This document shows, piece after piece, positions 50,807-62,100 of a stretch of 64,000 bases of DNA (position 1 is the first letter of the stretch; every line of letters starts with the position of its first letter). The stretch lies in assembly GCF_963853765.1 (NCBI RefSeq), contig NC_088857.1, forward strand, positions 56,544,001 through 56,608,000, in the 5' to 3' direction. The notes beneath the pieces were generated by a model, which had not been told where the DNA came from, ran no database searches, and saw only the letters and a program-made list of their open reading frames with translations. The position numbers and the translations under genes are program-made. The stretch is from Magallana gigas. Lineage: Eukaryota.

Positions 50807-52330
50807 TGAACAGATAAATAGATATGAGTAAAGTATGTTGTGTCGTAAACAAATTCAAGGCCGGAAAATTCACAGGAATTGACTAACTGCCTTTGAAGTC
50901 TTTAAATCAGCAAATGTTATACAAATGCTAATTATTTTCTACTTCACTTCTTTCATCCGCAAATAAAATATTTCTTTTCTAATCCATAATAAAACACAAA
51001 GACAAAACCTATAATCGATTGTTTATTATTAGATATGAGTTGTGTACTCAGCTTTAATTTACATAATTATTAATAATTCCGGACCATTTGTGATCCTTCA
51101 TCTGTTGAACGTATACAATTGCTTGGTAACTTTTCCTGTAATTTATTAATTAAAATAAATTTGATATACAAAGTGTGATACTGTAAAACTACCTATAATA
51201 TACAGAATATTTCGATATTAAATCAACCTTCACGAACTTTGAACTATATATGCTGGACATCAATATAAACTACAAAAGAAAACAAACAACTATAATTATA
51301 AAACGTTTCAAACAAACAACACCTCATTATCCAAACTTGTCATACTTGCTATTTATAGCTGAGTACTAACTCGAATGACTTTAAAAACCCCGAGATAGAA
51401 CTTAAATACCCTTAACCGAAGCACACAGAAATAATTACGCAATATCTCTACTCCTGATACTAGTACTACATATTTCTTATGAAAACGAAAAGAAATTTTA
51501 ATATATGGTGTCGTGCAGTCATCTTCCCAATCTAAAACGACAAATCCTCCGACCTTAGAATTCACTTAATTACAGAGAAATATGTCTGCACGTGTAGTGG
51601 CTATAAGGTTTACAGTTCCGTCCTAAACAATAGACTCACTGCGTTCTTAGATGACAACGAGCTTTTTAGAAGATAACAAAACGGATTTCAAATGCATAGA
51701 TCGATCGTGTCTGGGTTACATTTTTTCTTGAACAATATCATTCAGAATATTGCCTACATAAAGCGTTTGACCCTTTAGATAGAGAATTGTCCTCTAACCA
51801 ATGGGATTGACGAAAATATTTACAACAATACGATATCGCTTTATTCAAAGTATGTTCTGACAAATATCTAAAAGTGATATTTGATATTTGATATGTGAGG
51901 GACAACTGCTGAGTGCCAGCGAATATTTAAGCTTACCACTAGAGCTTACAAGTTGAAATTTGTTTATATTATATGTTTATTAAGTATTAATGGATAAGGA
52001 ATAATTTTTACGGGTGAGCAGCTGGTTCCAGGGTTCATCTTGGTTTCTGTATTCTCTTTACTATCAAACAGCTGTGGCAATTACCGCCAATAAATTTATA
52101 AATTTCTCACTTACAGTTTTTCTTAATTTTCTATATACATCTCTGTAAACAATATTTTGTCCTTGATAAATATTTCTTAGAAATTTCTGATTCATACTAT
52201 CAATCAAATTAAACAATTTTAATGCGTTGTTAGATATTATGGTTATCAGACCAAGGAAAATAAATTACATTTAGTAGATCAAAGACACTATAAATATGAA
52301 AAAAAAATCGAAAGCCATTTAATTAATAAC

Positions 52331-55300
52331 ATGGCGATGACATTATATGCCTTATTGCTTGTCTTTGGATGCTATCTGGTTTTTACCTCTGGGCAGACAG
52401 GTATGTTCTAACGCAATGCTACCATAGAGTTGTAGAAAAAGTTTAACCTATATACGATAATTGTGATAAAAAATCCAGAAATGTAAACTTGCAAATCCGA
52501 ATATGCAGTCGTGTTGGTGTGTGCGTCTGAGTATTAATGTGTGTTATAGTCGTAAAGAAAACAAGTATTCCTTTTAAAAGAATGCATGATCGGCATGTTT
52601 TATCATTGGCTGTTAATGTAATTCAAAAGCATTAAGGTACATACAATAAACACGATAAATAAGATACGTCTCACTCTTTCGTTTATTTCCGAAACAGGAA
52701 GGGATAAATAAACTTTATTTTTATTAGGCGAATTGTATTTCCGATTAATATTGTAAGAAGTCCGTCTTCTTAATCACTTTGCAGTGCAAACGTAGGAACC
52801 ACTTTTTATATTCACAAGCAATTATTAAAAAGCGTGAACGCATAGGTTTGTCAAAGTCATAACATTAATTGAAAACAGCCAAAATTAAAGATCTGCCATA
52901 ATATCATCTTACAGAGGACTATGTAACATTTACCGGACAGTTCCGACTACTTTGGCCCATTTATGATGATTATGACTGAACATTTACTGTTAAAATTCAT
53001 GAGTTATATTTTATTTCTAAATAAAGAAACAAACCTGTCAGAACTGTCAATCAAGGAGTATGGGATGCAGGTGTCCCGAGTCTCTGAGTCTCCCACATAA
53101 CTATCAAGGTCATAGCATGGCTATCTGGTTAAATATTCTTACGCATTGACAAAGAAAAGCGTGATTTAAATTATTATGTATGTAACAGTATAAGATTTTA
53201 CTCTCAAGGGAGACGCATTCGAATAACGTTTTTAGTACTTTACATGTACGGCTGTCATTGCGTAGAAAATAAAACAGTACAAGGCACAATGCATGCACAA
53301 TTAGTAAAATTTGCCAGATGCCTAATATGGAGCCAGAAAAAGGCATGCCGTAATCGCCAGAATGGGGATAGAATAAACAGCATATTATAGGGTATAATCA
53401 TGTTATCTCTTGATAACAGCAAATTTTAGAATGTAATGAAGTATTATTTTTCAAAAATAAATAAATTTTGAGCTTGCTATACACTTTAACCGTATTAAGC
53501 GTAGAAAATAAAACAGTACACGGCACAATGCATGCATAATTAGTAAAATTTGCCAGATGCCTAATATGGAGCCAGGAAAAGGCATGCCGTAATCGCCAGA
53601 ATGGGGATAGAATAAACAGCACATTATAGGGTATAATCATGTTATCTCTTGATAACAGCAAATTTTAAAATGTGATGAAGTATTATTTTTCAAAAAAAAA
53701 TAAATTTTGAGCTTGCTGTACACTTTAACCGTATTAAGCGAGATAGCAACACCCCCATTTTTTTAAATAAAAAATTCCAGTATTCGAGTATATGACGTGC
53801 CAAAAGCTACACGATCTTCGCCCGACTACCGTCATAATGGAGTACGAGGTTAAAGGGACTCTCTAAACGGAACACATTTATCACTTTCTCGACAAATTGT
53901 AAATGGTTTACTTTCCAGTCGGTTTTTACAAGTATTTGCAACACTAGGAAGGACACATTTATATATCATTATACTTTTATGTTAAATACTGAAATCTGAT
54001 TGGTTTATTCGCAGTTGATAATCCGTTCTATTACTCTCAGCGTACGAAACACATTTGGCATTGGGTAACACAACGAATTATTACATGTGCCTAAATTATG
54101 CGCGTACGGTTCACCGTAGAATTCACGTCATTTCTATATAAAAGCAGTAATAATTTCTCTAAAATTAAGACATTCAGTATAAATATTTAATGGTGCCTAT
54201 TTAGGAGGGTAAAAGTTGAAATTGATATCCCTCGAAAACCATTGTCAACCTTCGCTTTGCGTCGGTTGACAATGGTTTTCTCAGGTAGTCAATTTCAATA
54301 GTTACCCTCCCAAACAGGCACCATAGAAGGACCTTAGAAGGGAAACACCTTAATTGAGCAATTTCTATCAACAAACCTGTCCATGAGAATCTTCGCGAGC
54401 CCTGCATGTGTGTCGTACAGCCCCCGTTTCTTCGTCATTCAGCGAACAAATTGGTCTCCAAAATAAATTTACGAGTTGCCTCGGTCGGGGCCTCTATTAA
54501 GTATTTTTAAAACCTTTTTTTGGCTAACTCAGTGAAGAAAGCAGGCCTTCCCTGTATCGTGCTTGCCTTTCTGTTTTGTTTACAGTAAATACGCATCGTA
54601 ATAGTATAGAAGCCGGAGCGTCGTAACACGTTGCAATGTATTTATTTATGGCCCGCAGATAATTATTTATTTTGGCAAAGTAATTGAATTGAAATAGTGG
54701 AGAAGTTTCTAATTTTATGAAAGTTTATACAATTATAAGCTGTACAAAAATACTGAACCCGATCGTAAAATCTTTCAAGCGTTAAAGGCAGGGTTTTAAA
54801 AATATTTTGATCGTCTTATTTCTAGAAAATAGTACGATAGTACTTATATATTTAAGTTTACTAAAACAGTAATACCTGAATTTTATGATCACCATACTCC
54901 ATTTCGTCGACTACAGCATGTCTATCCCGCAGCAAGCAGTTGTCTTTAAAGGTCATGTAAAATTCGAAAAACTTGTAGACGTTACAAATGTCAATTTATA
55001 TCATGTCAAATGTGCTATATCCGAGCATGAAGAAACAAATTAAGGAACTACGGATTAAAAAAGTGCAAAGTTAAAGGTTATATTTATTAACAAAAACAAT
55101 AAAGCTGCAAAATGTGCGCCCTGCGAAAAAAACCTGAATCAAATCCAAATGCGTTTATGCCCGAGTTTTATATTGTACACAATCAGAATACCACTCATTC
55201 ATACTCAGACTCACACACCAACACGATTGCATATCAAGATGTTCAAGTTTACATGTCTGGATTTTTTAAAAGGACTACCCTCCATGATATACAGGAAGGG

Positions 55301-56031
55301 TAGATTCATAATACAATGAGGCTTTAACAGAAACACGTACTTGCTTGATGATTTAAATATAAATCAATTTGGGTTAGTGAAATCGCGGCTCCATTTGTTG
55401 TTTTTTTCAGTGTGTCCTGATGGTTCAAACCCGGTGAACTGTTTTATCAATCCTTGTCAGGAACCTAATACTGGTTGTTACAATATACCTGGAGCCACCT
55501 GCCGGTAAGATAAGGAATATTTACAATACGATAAACCATTAAAGCTTGGAGCGTCTACACTCTTCAACAAAATTGAAGTGTTATTTACAATATGGTCTTT
55601 CCTTTTATTACCCTCTACTTAATTTTTTTTTTTACAAAATGAGTGGGTTTTTTCATTTTCAATATAAATTTTTCATTATATATAATAAATATATATTTAT
55701 AAATTTCTTCATTTCATTATTGTATAGAATAGAAATGAACTATCAATTTCTAAAGGAAAAAAATCAAAGTTTAAAAAACTTTTGTCATTTATATAAAGAA
55801 TATCTGTGATACTAAAAAAATAAATGATTACATACAATGTAAAACTTTAGATTCATCCACCATATACCTGTTAATTGAACGTATTTTACATAACGAATGG
55901 ATTTACGAAGGACTAGCCTACTAACGAACAAATGTTGTTTGTGTCGTTACAGGGCATACTACTGTGGCGGGTGTTTCCGGCGCTGGTATTTAGGGTTCTT
56001 TGAAGTGACCAGCTTCTGTTATCCAGGCTGA
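52331..56031 (+). CDS. Secreted 8-Cys peptide, paralog P3 (80 aa). Exons 52331-52400, 55411-55504, 55953-56031
   Basis: MAMTLYALLLVFGCYLVFTSG-QTVCPDGSNPVNCFINPCQEPNTGCYNIPGATCRAYYCGGCFRRWYLGFFEVTSFCYPG*. Same intron phases (1, 2) and the same 8-Cys framework as P1 and P2. Confidence 0.85.
53260..53740. repeat. 239-bp tandem duplication in intron 1 of P3
   Basis: gcgtagaaaataaaacagtac at 53260 and 53499; the copies are nearly identical. Confidence 0.92.
54190..54324. mobile_element. 135-bp palindromic (fold-back) element
   Basis: atggtgcct...gagggtaa..gttgaaattga...gaaaaccattgtcaacc-loop-ggttgacaatggttttc...tcaatttcaa..ttaccctc...aggcaccat. Confidence 0.65.
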
Positions 56032-57200
56032 ACTGACCATCTTTCTTTGTGCTGAATATAAGAATAATAAAAATTATGAGCCTATTCAGTTAGTTTATGT
56101 TTGAATTTCCATGATGCTGTAGAGAGATTTCAACATGAGTTCAACATGCTTATGATATACAGAATTTTAAAAATTTTCTCTGGTGGAAATATGGATTTAA
56201 TAAAGAATTTTTACTTTCAACAAAAATATAGAATGCAAAAAAATCGCTCACAGTTTTACTTATACATGAATTTACGCATTAGTTAAAATAATATATCAAA
56301 AATTTTGAATGGCCTTGTAATGTTATGTGTACTAAAATAAAAATGTCAGACATTTCAGACTTTTCACTGCATAGTTAACACACGTTCCTGTTGTAATGGA
56401 TAAGCCATGGATATATTCCAGACAGGATTATGGGGTTTATTCTACTTTGGTCGTGTTTTACATTAATGTTTTAAGAGAAAAAAAAATACAACAAGCTAAC
56501 AAGAAAAAACGATATGCACGATGTTTTCTTCTCATTTTCTGCAAATTATTTATAGTATCTAACATTCTTGAAAAAAAATATGCAATGTTCGATTTGGTTA
56601 TATATCATGAAACTTTTACAAAAGTATGGCACAAAAACTAATTAAAGCATCACCTCAAAAACAAAACACATATGCTACAACTGCAACGTTAATATTTTCA
56701 TTTAGGTTTCTCTTTCTTATCAGTCTTTAAAGACATGCATTGTTTAAGACTGTAAAAGAAGATTTATTAGATAGAAATATCTTTTTTGAAGATTGTATTT
56801 GATGACAAGGTCGTTGCATCGACCACAGAACTTACGAAAAGAAGACTTCAAACGAGACACTGTTGATAGTCCTGTTTTATCAACTTGCTTGTCAGTAGCT
56901 TGCCTCGCTTTAGAAACTGTTCATATGAAGAGCATGCCCTTGTGTATCGAATTAACTGAGGGACAAAAACACCATATGCAGATGATGAAGGTATATAACT
57001 ACATAAGAAAGGAAAGTTGACCATGGAAAAATTGAAGTAATTGCGTTTATCATGAAGTTTTGTTTTTAGGTTACCATCAATGTCCATTTCCAGTAGAATA
57101 TCCAAATAAGAAACAAATGACGCAGACTCTGTGGTATCTTTTATTTCAAGTTCACTGGGATATATCGAGTCGACGTAAGTATGGAAATAACAATTGTTAA

Positions 57201-57529
57201 AGTGGAATAACACACCTGGAAAAAGTCACTCAAATAAACTGTAAAATATTTGATTATGAAAGATATAATGATAAATAAACTATACATATGTCAAAAAAGC
57301 GAAAATTTGCATATTGGGGATAAAAATTGAAAATTAAAAAATCAATTCAGTAAGTAACAACAAAAGCCCCTGTGGGATTCGAACTTGGTATGTACGGATC
57401 ACAAGCCCGACACTTTAACCATTCGGCTATGCGGAAAGCTATATGTTGCCGTCGATAAAATCCTCTTAATAAAACAGAATGTCGTTTCGATCAGAGGTCA
57501 GCCATTTTATGACGATGCGTTATTCCACC
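57201..57529. mobile_element. Kolobok-like MITE (TTAA TSD) inserted into the Naiad RT; carries a tRNA-like segment
   Basis: TTAA (57197-57200)|agtggaataac...gttattccacc|TTAA (57530-57533). Removing it restores LSINNCYF just after the YIDD motif. Confidence 0.8.
57366..57432 (-). pseudogene. tRNA-like sequence (Thr-TGT-like anticodon loop), SINE head or pseudogene, inside the MITE
   Basis: The - strand reads tagccgaatggttaaag (A box), tcggg-cttgtga-tccg (anticodon arm) and agttcgaatc (B box). The acceptor stem is degenerate, so it is not called a functional tRNA. Confidence 0.6.
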
Positions 57530-58329
57530 TTAATTGATAATACGTCGTCGATATACCTGAATGCTGAGTTGAAGGTCACAGCAAGTGATTTTTTTTTTCA
57601 CGAACAGGTTTTTGAATAAATTCTGCTTCATAAGAATAAAAAAAAGGGCTTCTAACAATTGGGAACAATTGGTACCCATGGAAATTTCAACAGATTGTTG
57701 GATTTGATTTCCCAAAACTACATAGATAGTGTGTATTAGAAACTCAAGTATCTTTTTAATGTCAACTTCAGAGTACTTGTGAGTGCAATCAGAATGGTTT
57801 TTAACAAAATAATTTTTAAGATTTCCAATGACAAGTTAAGCATTTTTACAACTTACATTCTATCAAAGAAACAAGTGTCGATGATACCAAAAAGACTCGA
57901 TTTTAAATTGTCCTAGGAAATGATTGTATAAAGTGCTGAAAAATAGTACGTTTTGATGTTATTGATTTTAGTAAGATTTTGAGACGTCAAAGTTTCTAAT
58001 AAATCTTTAGAGTTTTTAGTATCCACGTCTGATTCAAATTGCTTCTAGAGTATATTGTTTTTTCTTCACTACTGTAAGAATTTTAGTAAGGAGCAAAGAG
58101 AGAGGTTTGGTAGAACATTTACTGGAGCCTGCTATATATCTGTGTTTGTAAGGATTTTGTGAAACATTGGAATCCAGTACAAATAAGATAAATCAAATTC
58201 ATTTTGTTTGTTGGGGATATTAAAGATATCAAAAACCGATTTATGATTTTGAAGTATTTCCTGCTCGGAAAGACTGCTAAACATTAGGCGCACGGCGGGT
58301 GTGACCGGTCAGCAGAAGATGCTTACTCC

Positions 58330-58948
58330 TGTCACGGGGTCGTTATTCCTCGTACAAAATAAATAAATAAATAAAAGGATGGTCCAGTTTCCAACATTAC
58401 TTTATTATGGCAGTGGTGAATAATAATGATGATAAGAAGGTGACCTGAAATGAAAACACTCATACAATTGACGCATACATTTTTATAATATTTAGATATT
58501 TTAATTTTAAGATAAAAACAATTAAAGAAAGTATTTCTCACCAAATTCGCCTTCAGTAAAACTTAATAGTAATAGTTTGAAACTAGTGACAATCTCAAAC
58601 TATTAAGTCAGACCAGTTGTAAAACTGTCGCTGTCTGCTGGCAAACGAGTTATGTTCTAAAATCATGGTGCAAAGCATTATAAATTAAGTGTTATCACTC
58701 ACACTTGCGCACTGACCATACACACCCATGAAAACCTGTTTTTTCCACTACCAAATATAGACATACAGTAGCTATTACCGTATTTGGTAAATCACAACCC
58801 AAAATAACACAATCACGTGACAGAACACGAATACCAGTCAAACACGAGTAAACTATGAATGAGTTAATAATGAAATGTATGGATGAATGAATGAGTAAAT
58901 AAATGAATTACTAAATACTAAATTATATTCAATTGTATCCCTGTGACA
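58330..58948 (-). repeat. 3' LTR (619 bp)
   Basis: TG...CA termini with inverted ends tgtcac(g/a)ggg, directly preceded on the - strand by the polypurine tract. Confidence 0.9.
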
Positions 58949-58961
58949 TTCTCCCCCACTT
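58949..58961 (-). other. Polypurine tract (aagtgggggagaa)
   Basis: Abuts the LTR TGTCAC start; preceded by a small hairpin aaatgtc-tcct-gacattt (58968-58985). Confidence 0.88.
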
Positions 58962-59343
58962 AAATAAAATGTCTCCTGACATTTCTTAAGGGAGAATACT
59001 GAAAAGAATAATAACCTCTCCAAATCATATAACTTAATACTGTTACTAAATATTTAAAATATATATTATTCATATTAGAATAATATCATGTTCTACCGTC
59101 TATGACATATTCTATCGACAAAATCTAACAAAATCATCTTATCAACACTAAAATAATCATACCACATTCTACTTATATTACAAAATTAAAAACAAATATT
59201 CAGGAAAATATGTAATTAAAATACAACACAATATGCGATTCTGTCTGCAGAATTTCACTATTCTGTCTGCAGAATTCCACTAATCTACCTGTGACATTCT
59301 CTCCTTGTCATACATACCAGACCTGGGTTTGTTGGGGAGATAC

Positions 59344-62100
59344 CTAGGTACCATACCTTTCTGGGGGTTTTCTAACCCTTTCAGACCTCCTTGGTTCCGT
59401 TATTTCCGGTGTTGGCGATTCAAACGTTGTTGTTGAATTCCTTGTGATAGATGACCGACCAGTTGAATGAGATGATCCCATTGTGGAGTACTGCCGAGAA
59501 CTATCATATGAATCTGCCGTTGATTTTCTTTCTGAAATACTCAAATTTCGTTTAGTTTTACCTTTCCTTTTTCTAATGATAGTTCCTTCATCACTGGATT
59601 CTGATTCTGAAATATCTGATTTCTCTGTTGATTCTTTTTGCTCTGGTCTTGGCATCTTCTCAGTTGACTCTATATTTGAACTAGAAGATTCAGTAATGCA
59701 CATAAAAGGCAATAAAAGATTTCTATGTAACGTTCTTATTTTCCCCGACACCTCATTTTTGACGCTATAAACTGGAATGTTTGAAACAGGCTGTTCTACT
59801 ACAACATACGGGTCTCTCTCCCACTTATCTGAGAGTTTGGCTTTGCCTGAAAACACTAACATTTTTACTAACACTCGATCACCAATATCTAGTTTCTCAA
59901 ACCTAACACCGTGATCATAATTCTCTTTATACCTGTTCGAGTTCCTTCCGATGTTACCCCTTGCCATCTTGTAAGCGCAGTGTAATCGTTTCTTTAACTT
60001 CTGGGCATAGTTTTCTCTACTTCTTACCTTTTCTTGTGAATCCTCTAATCCCAGATAGGCATCGATGGCTAATCGTGGATTCCAACCAAACATAAGGTAG
60101 TGCGGGGAAAAGCCTGTAGTCTCGTGCTTTGTCGCGTTATAAGCGTGAACTAATGGTAAAACGTAAGTTTTCCAATCTTTCTTCTGCTCATCGTCGAGTG
60201 TCCCCATCATTTTGAGAAGCGTCTGATTAAATCTTTCTACCTGACCGTTACCCATTGGGTGATACGGCGTCGTTCTACTCTTCTTTACTCCGGCAATCTT
60301 GCAGAGCTCCCTAATAACACTACTCTCAAAGTTTCTCCCTTGGTCGGAATGTATACGCTCTGGGAAACTATAGTGGCAGATAAATTGCTCATACAGTACC
60401 TTTGCTGTTGTTGATGCAAGTTGATTCCTGGTCGGAACAGCCATTGCGTATCTCGTAAAGTGGTCTGTTATTACAAGTATATTTTCATACCCACCTTTTG
60501 ACTTCTCCAGAGTAAGAAAATCAATACAAACAAGTTCCAGAGGTCTTGTTGTATGAATGGACACTAATCCAGTTTTTGGTATATCTCTTGTCTTGCTTCT
60601 TACACACCTCTCACACTTTTCTACCTTGTCAACCACATCTGCATACATATTGGGCCAGAAGAATCGCTGTTGAACTAACCAGTAGGTTCGATCTCGCCCT
60701 TGATGACCCATGTCATCATGCAGTCCTATGAGTACACTACTCCTATACTTACCAGGAAGAACTAGCTGACGAACTTCCTCTCCTGCAATCACCGCCTTTC
60801 TTACCAAGATTCCTCTCTCAACCACCAGTTGTCTCCATTCCCTTAAAAGTAACCTGACTGGTTCTGATTCCTGTTGCAGATTATTACCAGATGGTTTGAC
60901 CCCGCCGTTTAACAGATCCTTGACTTTACTAATAACTTTATCCTTACCTTGTTCCTCTCGCCAATCGATGTTGCTAAGCTTCTGCGGTGTTTCATCGACT
61001 TCTTCTGACTTCAGCTTCATTGACTTTCCAATTACACAACTCTCCGCTAGAGGGTTAACCTTTACCAATGCAGCTAGAGAAATAGCTTTAACCACATCTG
61101 AAAACAGTTCTTGTTGTGGTGGATTTCTTGATAACCCATCTGCATCTCTATTGAGCTTACCTGATCTATATGTAATATTAAAATCGTAAGCTGACAATGA
61201 TGCCAACCAACGATGAGAAGTAGCATCCAGCTTGGCTGTTGTAGTAACATAGGTTAGAGGATTATTATCAGTCCTTACCTCAAAGTGATTACCATACAAA
61301 TAATCGTGGAATTTGTCTACTACAGCCCATTTCAAACATAAAAACTCCAGTTTATGAGCTGGGTAATGTTTCTCTGGTTGTCTTAAACCCCTACTTGCAT
61401 AAGCAATAACTCGCTCAATACCATCATGTACTTGATATAGAACAGCCCCCAAACCATCTGAACTCGCATCTACGTTCAAGACAAATGGTTGGGTAAAATT
61501 GGCATAAGCAAGAATAGGAGGATTTGTAAGCTTCTGTATGATCAAATCAAAAGAATCCTGTTCTAACTCACCCCATTTCCACTCTGTCTTCTTTCTCTTC
61601 CTTGCGTTTTTCTTTGCTGCTTTGTGTGTTGGTTGTCCAATCAGTAGGTCATTCAAGGGCTTGACTATTCTGGCATAGTCCTTGATGAATCTGCGATAAT
61701 ATCCTGTGAAACCTAAGAAAGATCTTAATGACTTCACATTACACGGAATCGGGCAATTCTTTAAAGCAGATGTTTTATCAGGATCAGTCATAATCCCCCT
61801 TTCAGACACTACATGACCTAAGTACCGAACTTGACTTTTAAAAAATTCGCATTTCTTTGGATTTAATTTCAACTTATAGTCATGCAATCTCTGAAAAACA
61901 GACTGTAACCTATCGAAATGTTCCGTGAATGTACTGGAAAAAATAAGGATATCATCAAGAAAAAGTAAACACTCTTTGAGATTCATGTCCCCCATGCAAG
62001 TTTCCATAAGTCTTTGGAATGTTGCAGGAGCGTTGGTCAGACCAAACGGCATCCTGTTACATTCAAAGAACCCTAGTGGACCTACCGTGAACGCCGTCTT
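59344..62100 (-). CDS. pol: Gypsy pol, C-terminal part (RT, RNase H, integrase)
   Basis: 902-aa ORF from MPFGLTNAPATFQRLM; the same frame is open upstream through KTAFTVGPLGFFECNR to about 62100. Confidence 0.95.
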   Translation of the reverse strand, partial: KTAFTVGPLGFFECNRMPFGLTNAPATFQRLMETCMGDMNLKECLLFLDDILIFSSTFTEHFDRLQSVFQRLHDYKLKLNPKKCEFFKSQVRYLGHVVSERGIMTDPDKTSALKNCPIPCNVKSLRSFLGFTGYYRRFIKDYARIVKPLNDLLIGQPTHKAAKKNARKRKKTEWKWGELEQDSFDLIIQKLTNPPILAYANFTQPFVLNVDASSDGLGAVLYQVHDGIERVIAYASRGLRQPEKHYPAHKLEFLCLKWAVVDKFHDYLYGNHFEVRTDNNPLTYVTTTAKLDATSHRWLASLSAYDFNITYRSGKLNRDADGLSRNPPQQELFSDVVKAISLAALVKVNPLAESCVIGKSMKLKSEEVDETPQKLSNIDWREEQGKDKVISKVKDLLNGGVKPSGNNLQQESEPVRLLLREWRQLVVERGILVRKAVIAGEEVRQLVLPGKYRSSVLIGLHDDMGHQGRDRTYWLVQQRFFWPNMYADVVDKVEKCERCVRSKTRDIPKTGLVSIHTTRPLELVCIDFLTLEKSKGGYENILVITDHFTRYAMAVPTRNQLASTTAKVLYEQFICHYSFPERIHSDQGRNFESSVIRELCKIAGVKKSRTTPYHPMGNGQVERFNQTLLKMMGTLDDEQKKDWKTYVLPLVHAYNATKHETTGFSPHYLMFGWNPRLAIDAYLGLEDSQEKVRSRENYAQKLKKRLHCAYKMARGNIGRNSNRYKENYDHGVRFEKLDIGDRVLVKMLVFSGKAKLSDKWERDPYVVVEQPVSNIPVYSVKNEVSGKIRTLHRNLLLPFMCITESSSSNIESTEKMPRPEQKESTEKSDISESESSDEGTIIRKRKGKTKRNLSISERKSTADSYDSSRQYSTMGSSHSTGRSSITRNSTTTFESPTPEITEPRRSERVRKPPERYGT

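Larger units (their letters stand above)
56770..58329 (-). mobile_element. Penelope-like (Naiad-type) RT fragment, degraded, with an inverted pseudo-LTR piece at its 5' side (58290-58329)
   Basis: The - strand reads YIAGSSKCSTKPLSLLLTKIL...WILKNSKDLL...SMGTNCSQLL...FRYIDDVLSI|NNCYFHTYVDSIYPSELEIKDTTESASFVSYLDILL...SSFRKF. The tail motif gcacggcgggtgtgaccggtcagcagaagatgcttactcc lies in the opposite orientation at the upstream end, as is typical of PLE insertions. Confidence 0.8.

Noticed and set aside
57366-57432. Functional tRNA-Thr gene
   Set aside because: The acceptor stem does not pair and the sequence is embedded in a MITE; kept only as tRNA-like.
56770-58290. Selenocysteine recoding in the Naiad-type fragments (reported for some bivalve Naiads)
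   Set aside because: The fragments have many frameshifts and mixed stop codons; no TGA at a clearly conserved Cys and no SECIS could be identified.
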